Origin: a virus
Taxonomy: Duplodnaviria; Caudoviricetes
Length of the DNA: 64,000 bases
Virus record (IMG/VR): IMGVR_UViG_3300009161_000021
Strand: one strand, 5' to 3'
Shown here: piece after piece, positions 26,501 through 33,731 of the stretch
Layout: every line of letters starts with the position of its first letter
Position numbering within the stretch: the first letter of the stretch is position 1
The notes under the pieces: model-generated
Database searches by the model: none
What the model was told of the DNA's origin: nothing
What the model saw: the letters and a program-made list of their open reading frames with translations, nothing else
Translations under genes and position numbers: made by a program

Positions 26501-27790
26501 CCCGTCTGCGGCCGTCTTCACCTCGTCGTATGACATCGAGAGACCCTTGGCTGAGAATGCAAGGGCTGCCTGCTCCTCGGTGAGACCCGACTGGGACGTA
26601 AGAAGAGCTTTATCCTGACGAGAAAGTGTCTCAAAAGATCTTCCTGTCGCTGCGAACGCTTTCTGAAGATCATCTAGAACTTCAGCGGGATTCTGGGCCT
26701 GAATGAGCTTGACAGGATCCAGCACCATACCGAATGCAGCGGCTAACTGAGCCGCAGCCTCAGCTCCCGTCTCGAAGTCATCGAACTTCTGGTTCAGACC
26801 GATAAGCTCATTGAGCTCGATACCGAGCTTACGGGTGTAAGCGGCGGCCTTGGTGATCTCTGTTACGTAATCTCCCGTCATCCGACCAAGCGACTTGAAG
26901 TTTGAGAGGAACGCGCCGACATCCTTTCCAAGGACCTTGGACGAGATACCGAGCTGGCGGCCGATCTTATTCACGCTGGCAAGGGTCTCATCGCTGAACT
27001 GCTTCAACGACTTGCTGCTCAGGATCGACATTGTTGAGACATTCTTGAGCGCTTGCTCGTTGAAAAGGAGCGCGTCACGCATGACGTACAGATTCGCAGC
27101 AGAGTCGTTGAACTCATCACCGAGGACATCGAGAGTGGGACCCATCGCGCCCGCAAGCTCGCGGACGAGATCGAGACGCTCGATCGCGCCCTCCATGCCC
27201 ATGTTAAACTTTGATGCAAAGACATTCACGCCACCGGCAGCCTGTTTCAGGCTGGCTCCGAAGCCGTCATACGTCTCCCTCACTCGCTTTGAGGTGTTCT
27301 CGGTGAAGCTTCCGAACTCCTTACGAACCCTCTCTAGAGCTTCCCGGAAATGGAGCATATCCTGGATACGCTCGTTGGCAAGCTCAAATATGTAATCAAA
27401 GAATGTTGACAGGAATCCCATCGATGCCTGCAGGGGATTCGTGATAACGTCAGCCAGCATGCTGAAGTTTTCTGAAAGCTGACCAACTGCAAGGCTTAAC
27501 CCCTCGGTCAGCTTTGAGTTGCCCTTGTTCAACCAACCCTGAAGACTCTGGGTAAACGTTTCGTTCTGCTTCGAGCCCTCTTCCATCACTCCGTTGAAGG
27601 CGCTTTGCTGCTCATTGAGCTGTGACATTGCGTCCGCGTGCTCTTCGATCGCGACAGCGGTCTCCTGATGTATGCCTGATTGACCGGCCTGCAGCTCCTG
27701 GATGGCTCTAAGCGTGCGCTCCTGACTCTGAAGCGCCTCGAGCATCTGCTTGGCTAACTCAAGCTGCTGCTTCTGTAATTCGGGATCCAT
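23495..27790 (-). CDS. Tail tape measure protein
   Basis: 1431 aa, helical and Ala/Gly-rich with hydrophobic stretches; lies after the tube and chaperone genes and before the baseplate genes. Confidence 0.85.
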   Translation of the reverse strand: MDPELQKQQLELAKQMLEALQSQERTLRAIQELQAGQSGIHQETAVAIEEHADAMSQLNEQQSAFNGVMEEGSKQNETFTQSLQGWLNKGNSKLTEGLSLAVGQLSENFSMLADVITNPLQASMGFLSTFFDYIFELANERIQDMLHFREALERVRKEFGSFTENTSKRVRETYDGFGASLKQAAGGVNVFASKFNMGMEGAIERLDLVRELAGAMGPTLDVLGDEFNDSAANLYVMRDALLFNEQALKNVSTMSILSSKSLKQFSDETLASVNKIGRQLGISSKVLGKDVGAFLSNFKSLGRMTGDYVTEITKAAAYTRKLGIELNELIGLNQKFDDFETGAEAAAQLAAAFGMVLDPVKLIQAQNPAEVLDDLQKAFAATGRSFETLSRQDKALLTSQSGLTEEQAALAFSAKGLSMSYDEVKTAADGAMKGHKTQEEIMRDLADSIENVIIPIQRFTSFFDAFIKGFMDAFDRSKPVQDAVNNIAKALLETYYAGMRTFSAFLQVPGVTKALQGLLDVVTTIGDIFSKVALEIEKFTIAMSTDPKNAAKNLMTGITSVITDGFNGLFTGKNGQPSIFDNLMEGLTQTFLAVAAALPGIVLGLVRSLKTVLSNLTKTMRQAFTKPADGSPSIGQGLLEGIKDGFSELVRELPSFMPILIEFGSELVAFLGRAIQEFPFATLFVTGGPILTAASGIFGQLKDTVMGLFTGGGTTEEISEAARQADESAKAQNDLAAALNKQGAAMTGTGPDSFGGLVGMFGGAATKAAEYGAIALGISLIGASIIKLVRSVLEPPEGGGKSLIQLFADAGATLSTVNADGLQNAFLITGAVLVAAMGGIAAILMGVASMDKGDLFAKLAGGAVSVAVLAGISHIFDAVIPKVTAMISSMTTYLSSPEFAAQLKNINSLAASVKPEDIDAMGNLGKIFSSVGTMMGTMIKVATDLNSLPGIPTVVATTTNPDGTITEVMGEESPSSKIARIMGYISSMVGNKDEKVGIVGVISKFEDSLGGDLATATQKFQTLALILDPMSKMMSTFGTAGLDFIKTSASLAAGGSTATAEDSMDQVRKFIGAVGGGAVDILNDINSRVNLSKDQVDALSGKVSLISTVATFLGSFGKSITELLKSVQAFDVSGNVVSAMSSLNSLLFGTGSGVIETDTESIPVEASDGIIQMMTKVINNLATALNDPANAIDQTQISFFTEIFAPSGALMGMISAISAASKVATTDIESAKTFLDTVAGNGDLTASFPTHLFNALNSFKAFDGIDLEALAKRETNMKGSFNVLGTYIAGMTEKLPGDVAKRVNASLEQLQQIKAAMAETAKVLEALDTVRLDAAVEGFGTKMNVVKKKFDINNGAVSITVNMNVTMSAQKMAETLVLDGFVKPNVEFADYLQSPDSVRSNQYDFYTTEYKPGSPESLLETRRNDDSWRGE

Positions 27791-27834
27791 GCTTTATTCG
27801 CCTTCCAGCAAATAACTATGCCGGATCATATTTT

Positions 27835-28095
27835 TCAGAGTCTCCAGTCCCGACCGAAAGCTCGCTGAAACTCCCGCTCTGCTCGGCGCTTCTCCTCGAC
27901 CATCGTTGCGACAGCAGCAAGCGATGCATTCTCGTCGCAGAGAGCCTCGTAAAGACGACGTGAAGCGAGAGTTGCTCGGCGGATAATCTTCATCTGGGAC
28001 GGATCACCCACCAGCTTGGGGGGAGTACCACCCTCGATGATGTATCTACCGGCGGCCGAAAAAATCTCCGCAAGCACCTTTTCTTCTTTGCTCAT
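27835..28095 (-). CDS. Hypothetical protein in the tail assembly cluster
   Basis: 86 aa with a GGAGG SD and an ATAATTA motif upstream. Confidence 0.65.
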   Translation of the reverse strand: MSKEEKVLAEIFSAAGRYIIEGGTPPKLVGDPSQMKIIRRATLASRRLYEALCDENASLAAVATMVEEKRRAEREFQRAFGRDWRL

Positions 28096-28118
28096 AAAAC
28101 CTCCAACTCGATCTCTAA

Positions 28119-28397
28119 TTATGTGAATCGACGAAGGCGCGCTGGAGTTTCACCGCGGTTCAGCCCCATCAAAGATCGAGCCTGCGGGCTGTTCTGATGA
28201 GCGGCCCTCGTCGGTGTGTTTTCCTTCTCACTTGCTCGCTGGAGCTCCTTGTTCAACCTCGTGATGAACCAGACACGATATCGTATGGGAATGTTGTAAC
28301 ACTCCCAGTACGAGAAACCCATGTAGTACATCAGTGAGAATGATTGCTCAAGGAAGATCTCTCGATCCTCAGGTGTCAGGCCAAAAAAAGCTGGCAC
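28119..28397 (-). CDS. Tail assembly chaperone C-terminal part (probable frameshift extension, lambda gpGT-like)
   Basis: Overlaps the end of 28369..29211 across a T7 run; no obvious SD of its own. FGLTPEDREIFLEQ..LMYYMGFSYWECYNIPIRYRVWFITRL. Confidence 0.7.
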   Translation of the reverse strand: MPAFFGLTPEDREIFLEQSFSLMYYMGFSYWECYNIPIRYRVWFITRLNKELQRASEKENTPTRAAHQNSPQARSLMGLNRGETPARLRRFT

Positions 28398-29211
28398 CCA
28401 ACGGCATCCGCACCTCGCTTACTTCGCTGCAGGATGGGCAGTCAAGGTTTCCCTTCATCTCGATGCCAGGCTCATTCGCATCGATAAACTTACGCAGGGC
28501 CATGGAGTCGCGAGCGGGCATATTTCGGATGAAGCCGTTGATCGCACCGCGATCAGTCTTACCATCGACTGAAACGATAGCATATTGGAGACGGGTCGTG
28601 ATGATATTATCAGCCTGGGCACCCTGCTTCTTCGCGCGTTCCTGGCCAACGTTGATATCCTCCTCATCTCGACCAGTGAGGAACTTGAAATGAACGGTCT
28701 TCTTGGTGACAGGAAGCTTGAACTCAAATACGTTCTGGCCAGGAGAGACGGGATCGATCGAAAGACGCTTGATCGGAAGCGCTCCGAGATCAAACTCCTG
28801 CTTGGAGCGAGTGTTGCACTTCGGACAATCAGCCTCAACGTTGTACTCGGCGCCGTATCCAGTCACTCGAAGAGCAATCATCAGAGCGTTGCGATCTCCG
28901 ACAAGCATGTCGGGAACGCTGATTCGCTTGTCCATGAGGCAGCTCTTGATGAGCTCGGTGATAACTGTTCCTTTCTTGATCAGAGCTCTGGATGTGAGAA
29001 TGTCCTCCTCACGAGCTGTCATCGCCCGAATGTCGACCGTCTCCCTTCCATGAAGGGGAGACTCAGCCGGATAAACTGCGCCGTTCGAGGGAAGTGGAAT
29101 CGACTCAACTGGAACCTCAAAACCGAAATCGTCACGCATGACGTCCTTCGTTTGGATACCGGCCGGAACTGCACCGCCGAATAATGCACTACGATCTGTC
29201 TCTGATGCCAC
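28369..29211 (-). CDS. Tail/baseplate assembly chaperone (T4 gp26-like)
   Basis: IPLPSNG..YP, IRAMTAREEDILTS, LVGDRNALMIALR, CPKC and CPSC zinc motifs, KFLTGRDEED; lies between tube and tape measure. Confidence 0.8.
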   Translation of the reverse strand: MASETDRSALFGGAVPAGIQTKDVMRDDFGFEVPVESIPLPSNGAVYPAESPLHGRETVDIRAMTAREEDILTSRALIKKGTVITELIKSCLMDKRISVPDMLVGDRNALMIALRVTGYGAEYNVEADCPKCNTRSKQEFDLGALPIKRLSIDPVSPGQNVFEFKLPVTKKTVHFKFLTGRDEEDINVGQERAKKQGAQADNIITTRLQYAIVSVDGKTDRGAINGFIRNMPARDSMALRKFIDANEPGIEMKGNLDCPSCSEVSEVRMPLGASFFWPDT

Positions 29212-29272
29212 TTGAATCTCTCCTAGAAATTGCTAATACAATTCTTAAGGAAAGGAGAGACAAGTAAAAAAA

Positions 29273-30079
29273 TCACGGATCAAAGTTAAGTGATGGGTGC
29301 TCCTCACCGTGGCAGCGATGGCAGAGAACCTCGGCGGTGGGCATCATCTCAACGTGCCAGTCGATCACCCGCTCGACCCACGCTGCCTGATCCTCCCAGC
29401 TGATCTCATCCGACGTGGGGGCGCACCGATGGATGATCTCCGCCATACGAACCTCGCTGTGATGGACGTGGAGATCGTCGGTCGCGGCGCAACGCTCGCA
29501 CTTGAACCCTGCTCGCTGCAGGGCTGGGAACTTCCAGAGCTTGTAGAGTCGCGAGCTGCCGTGGCACAGCGTCCCGATTGTCGATGTCCCGCCCTTCCAC
29601 TGCGGATGAGCCGAGCCGGTGAGCGGAACGATGACCCCGGTCTGCCAATGTCTCGTCATCATTTCTGACTTTCTCTTTCTTTCTTTGTCAGATCCGTACG
29701 CAATTTCGCATAACTTCGCGAAATCGGAGTCATTTTCTTTCGTTTTACCTCGATTCCACGGATTACAACCCCATCGCTCTTCTTTGCGACGCGCTTCAAG
29801 GCTCTTAGCCAGCGCAGCCTTATTATTTCCCCAATTATTCTTGACGCGAGATGCATGTCCGAGAATGTACCCCGAGAATCCCTTCTGAAGGGAGTTAAAC
29901 TTGGTCGTCGTCCCGCACCCACAGCCGCACGTGGGTTCTTGGCCGCCAGGAATAAACAAGCTCACGTAGAGATCACGTGCGGTGATTCCATGGCGTTTCT
30001 GGCAGTGGATTCGAAGCGAATCCAGGCTGTCGGTCGAATAGTCTACGCAAGAAGGGCACTTAAAAGAAATCTGGTCCAT
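29273..30079 (-). mobile_element. Free-standing HNH homing endonuclease gene with zinc-finger and NUMOD3-like motifs
   Basis: CPSC..HCQKRH, CGCGCG, PWNRGKTK, HPQWKGG, CERC..DLHVHH...LCHRCHGEEH; interrupts the tube-chaperone junction. Confidence 0.85.
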
Positions 30080-30105
30080 GATAGTAAATATACCATGGAC
30101 CAGAT
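30069..30105 (-). promoter_or_regulatory. 12-bp hairpin covering the HNH start codon, with the promoter-like ATATTTA in its loop
   Basis: Perfect inverted repeat ATCTGGTCCATG (30069-80) / CATGGACCAGAT (30094-105); ATG at 30079. Confidence 0.75.
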
Positions 30106-30114
30106 GACTTATTA

Positions 30115-30138
30115 ATTCGACAAAATATTTTGTCGAAT
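30115..30138. repeat. Perfect 24-bp palindrome
   Basis: ATTCGACAAAATATTTTGTCGAAT equals its own reverse complement; lies 8 nt past the tail tube stop. Confidence 0.85.
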
Positions 30139-30145
30139 CCTCACG

Positions 30146-30634
30146 TCAATATTGTAGAACACAATTATCGAAGCGGAGTGTCAGCGAGATTTCCATCGGA
30201 TCGTCGCCATCATAAGCAAGGTCACCGAAACCAGCTGACGTGATGAACGCGCCCTTGATATCCCAGAGCTCCACCACCGTGCCGACCGGGTCGAGCATCT
30301 TGAGCTGGCAGTCACGCTTGTAGAAGTCGGCGTAACCCGCGCGGCCTGAGACTGACTCGAAGTGGGTACGAACCCATTCCATCACCTGCTGGGCGCCGGA
30401 GGGTGCGATAGCATCGTAGAGGACAACGTCGATCGTATCGAATGTCGTCTTTCCAGCGATGTAACGACGTGAGTTGATCCAAGGAATTTCCTTCTCCTCA
30501 GTCTTCACGCTCGGGCGCTTCGTCGACTTGATGAGGTAAGCATCGATTCCTTCGACCGCAAAGACCCATCGGTTCTTCCTCTTCGGTTCGAACTTGTTGG
30601 GTAGCATATCGGTGACTGAGAGTGTCTCGGCCAT
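30146..30634 (-). CDS. Tail tube protein (T4 gp19-like)
   Basis: 162 aa; FEPKRKNRW, IPWINSRRYIAGKTTF, LYDAIAPSGAQQVMEW, YKRD..LKMLDPVG..VELWDIKGAF. Confidence 0.92.
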   Translation of the reverse strand: MAETLSVTDMLPNKFEPKRKNRWVFAVEGIDAYLIKSTKRPSVKTEEKEIPWINSRRYIAGKTTFDTIDVVLYDAIAPSGAQQVMEWVRTHFESVSGRAGYADFYKRDCQLKMLDPVGTVVELWDIKGAFITSAGFGDLAYDGDDPMEISLTLRFDNCVLQY

Positions 30635-30650
30635 AGTGTCTCCTGTTCCT

Positions 30651-30657
30651 TAACTAT
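30651..30657 (-). promoter_or_regulatory. Late-promoter-like motif ATAGTTA upstream of the tail tube gene
   Basis: Followed by the SD GGAG and the ATG at 30634. Confidence 0.6.
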
Positions 30658-30674
30658 TACGTATCGTTGAAATC

Positions 30675-33600
30675 TTAGACAAAGGTTGAAGCATTTGTCG
30701 CCTCGAAATCAATCGAGATGAACTCTGCGGTCTTTGTCGGCTGCAGGTAGATCTTACCACGAATCGTGCTATTCTCTATGTCAGCCTGTGTGGTGGTGGT
30801 GGTGTCAATCTGCACGCGATACCTCTCAACACCGCGCTGGGACTGGATCTGCTTCATTATCGGTGTAACGGCAGCATTGAAACGAGCGATGGTCGACTCT
30901 CTGTTCGGCTCGAAAAGAAGACCGTAAGCAACAGCCTTCACTCGACGACGAACCTCGATGAGCAGACGACGGACGTTAACACGATCAAGAGCCGAGCCCT
31001 CAACGAGAGTTGTCCTCTGTCCATTGATCACGATATTCGCGCCAGGAACCGAAACGATCGGGTTGATACCAGCATCGTAAACGGTGTTGATGTTATCGTT
31101 GTTGAGTATCGTGCTAAGGGAGTTTCCAGGAATAACCGCTCTTGTGTAGCCTGCCGGTGCGCTCCAAGTGAATCCGATCCGATCGTTCTGCGCGTAGGCG
31201 CCGAGGACCAGGGTCGAAGCTGGAAGGCGTGTGCTAACTGCTACGCCGGTTCCCGGGTCAACGCTGACGTTCACGTCCGGGAAGTAAGCAGCACCGAATG
31301 AGCTGTTGAGGCTGCGATTCTTGAACCTCGTTGATGTGAACGCGACGTTGACGTTGGGGTATGAAGACCCGGCGTTGATGGAGGCAGTCACGAAGTTGTT
31401 GTTATCGTCCTTCAGCTCGACATCGGCGATGTAAAGAGCATCGAACTTTGTCTGCATCGCCGAGAGAGCGTAGTCGGTGATCGCGGGGTGACGAGTGTCC
31501 GGAATCGCGAGGACGCTGATGTCCGAGTAAGTCTTGTTACCCATGATGTCTACCGCCTTGCGATAGGCAGCGACCGTCGGTCCGTTCAGCTGACCCTGGT
31601 TGCTGTAGTCCATCTCTCGACGAGCCGCAGCATCACGCATGTAGAATTTATCTGCATCGAAGATGTTGAGACCATCGAAGCCTCCCTGCATGAAGGTCAC
31701 GAACTTGAGGTAAGATGACGGAGTACTGGACGGGAAATCGATCGTTGTGTCGATGAAACGTCCACCGAGGCTGGCGTCAAGAATTCCGTCCCTCTGGTAC
31801 ACAGCCTCGTCCCAACGGTCTCTGTCGAGAGTACCGCCGGAGCTTGTCTGAACCTGGATGTTCTCAAGCGTAAAGAGGTTCCTGTTGAAGAGGTCAGCGT
31901 CCACCACGGAGCCGTTGACGGTGGCTGCGCCATCATTGTCACCGACCCACGGGTTCTGATAGGTCGTGTGGTACTTCGGGAAGTACTTGGTGTAGCTTGA
32001 AAGTCCGCCAGCACCGAGTGTCTCGGTGGAGGTCGAGACTCCATCGTTAGGACGAGTCGTTGAGTTGTAGAGGCCGAACTGGGGACCCCAGTAGAGCTTG
32101 CTCTCGCCCGTGGCGTTCGCGCCACCGGCAACGTCTCCTACGTTGATGCTGCGACGGAAGAAGACCGGCGCCTCACGCGCGTTCGTCAGGGGAACGTTGA
32201 GGTGAGCCGACGGGCCCGATGAACCAGTCGACATGAAACCAGACCCAGAGGTCACTAGGTGGTAGAGACCACGTGAACCGACGGGAATAGTGTTCGACGG
32301 GATGACCTTGTTGATGACTTCATCAGAGAGCTCAACTCTGACCCGACGTGAGACCTTGCCGTAGAGTCCTTCCTCAATGATCTTCTGGGCATCAGCGGTA
32401 CGATCGAAATCGAAGTAGGTGTTCTGGTCACCGATCTTCTTTCCAATGAAGTTGTCGCTATCAGGATCAAGATCGCATCCAGAGTATGTCTCGTATACGG
32501 TCGCGTAGCCGTCCTCTCCGGTAAAGCTAAGAATCTTCACGGTGAACGTAGCGTAAGAGCCAGCAGCAGGGTACTTGATGCTTTCGATCGCGACCCTGTA
32601 CAGTTCATTGGTCGCTGCACCGTCGCCACGAGCGTGGATCTTGAAGAGATTGTAGCGAGTCCCACCGAAGTTCTGGGATGTTACGTACGGGGTCATCGGA
32701 TGACCGTACCTGTCCTCGAATCCGTCGTAGTTCGGGAATGTTGTGGTTCCGTTGTTCCTTGACTGAGAGCCGGAAAGGCAGAACACGATCTCTTCGACAG
32801 CGGCTGACGTGCTAACACGACGGATCGCAGCCTCAGCTGCAACTCCGGATCCAGTTGGGACTGCGAAAGCGTCCAGAACGTCGTAGTGATTGTAGAGGAC
32901 GTAGCCGTGCTCTTCGAGAAGAAGTGGGTTGCTGTTGAACTTTGCTCCGAAGTAGGAGTCGGAAGTTGGGTTGAATGATGCCGTGAGGATGCTTGGGTAA
33001 CCAGCGGAATCGGTGTGTCCGTTCAGGAAGAGCACGAATGTCTGCTCTCCGCTCCGGAGATCGAGCGATCCGGTGAACCAGCCTTTTGCAGGGCTGGCAG
33101 TCGTCGCAGCTAATGAGTAGATATCAGATGTCGCTCCCGGCGCTGAGCTTGATACGGTGATCTGAACTCCCGACGCTGCGAAAAGAACGCCGCGAACGAT
33201 CGGCTGGGCTGCCGTCGATGTCTGGATTCCTGGCTCGGAAAGTAACCAGGAGCCCGCAGACTCGGACATGTAGCATCCGAGGAAGTACGTCCTACCTTCC
33301 AGACCGCCGGCAGTCGCGTAGGGATTGTTGCCGAGCTGACCGTTGGACACCTGAACCTTCCGGGAGCCGACCACGAATCCTGCATTTGTCACGCTTCCTG
33401 CGTTTGTGGCGCCTGTCGTTCTCTTGTTTCCGTCTCCGGCGCCGAGAACCCTGACGTATGTTCCAGCTGAGGCGTTGCTAAGCCACTGGTACAGGGCAAA
33501 GGGAGCGTGATAATTCGCATCCGGATTGCCGAACTCAGTTGTGAACTGTGTGTTATTCGCGAAGGTGATCGGCACGAACGCCGTTCCCTGCGTTGCCGTT

Positions 33601-33692
33601 CCAATCACACCGGCGGAGCGGCCCGAGGGTTGAACCTCCGTTACACCACCGGTGCTATCGATCTCGTTTAGTGTTATGCCTGGCGCAGCCAT
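30675..33692 (-). CDS. Contractile tail sheath protein, paralogue 1
   Basis: 1005 aa; MAAPGITLNEID, AAYFPDV, WSAPAGYTRA, INPI, GQRT, ALDRVNVRRLL, LLFEPN, GKIYLQPTKTAEFI. Confidence 0.92.
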   Translation of the reverse strand: MAAPGITLNEIDSTGGVTEVQPSGRSAGVIGTATQGTAFVPITFANNTQFTTEFGNPDANYHAPFALYQWLSNASAGTYVRVLGAGDGNKRTTGATNAGSVTNAGFVVGSRKVQVSNGQLGNNPYATAGGLEGRTYFLGCYMSESAGSWLLSEPGIQTSTAAQPIVRGVLFAASGVQITVSSSAPGATSDIYSLAATTASPAKGWFTGSLDLRSGEQTFVLFLNGHTDSAGYPSILTASFNPTSDSYFGAKFNSNPLLLEEHGYVLYNHYDVLDAFAVPTGSGVAAEAAIRRVSTSAAVEEIVFCLSGSQSRNNGTTTFPNYDGFEDRYGHPMTPYVTSQNFGGTRYNLFKIHARGDGAATNELYRVAIESIKYPAAGSYATFTVKILSFTGEDGYATVYETYSGCDLDPDSDNFIGKKIGDQNTYFDFDRTADAQKIIEEGLYGKVSRRVRVELSDEVINKVIPSNTIPVGSRGLYHLVTSGSGFMSTGSSGPSAHLNVPLTNAREAPVFFRRSINVGDVAGGANATGESKLYWGPQFGLYNSTTRPNDGVSTSTETLGAGGLSSYTKYFPKYHTTYQNPWVGDNDGAATVNGSVVDADLFNRNLFTLENIQVQTSSGGTLDRDRWDEAVYQRDGILDASLGGRFIDTTIDFPSSTPSSYLKFVTFMQGGFDGLNIFDADKFYMRDAAARREMDYSNQGQLNGPTVAAYRKAVDIMGNKTYSDISVLAIPDTRHPAITDYALSAMQTKFDALYIADVELKDDNNNFVTASINAGSSYPNVNVAFTSTRFKNRSLNSSFGAAYFPDVNVSVDPGTGVAVSTRLPASTLVLGAYAQNDRIGFTWSAPAGYTRAVIPGNSLSTILNNDNINTVYDAGINPIVSVPGANIVINGQRTTLVEGSALDRVNVRRLLIEVRRRVKAVAYGLLFEPNRESTIARFNAAVTPIMKQIQSQRGVERYRVQIDTTTTTQADIENSTIRGKIYLQPTKTAEFISIDFEATNASTFV

Positions 33693-33718
33693 TCGTTGAA
33701 CTCCTTAATCTCTTCGCT

Positions 33719-33725
33719 TAACTAT
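33719..33725 (-). promoter_or_regulatory. Late-promoter-like motif ATAGTTA upstream of sheath 1
   Basis: Recurrent ATANTTA motif in an intergenic gap. Confidence 0.6.
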
Positions 33726-33731
33726 TGTTGA

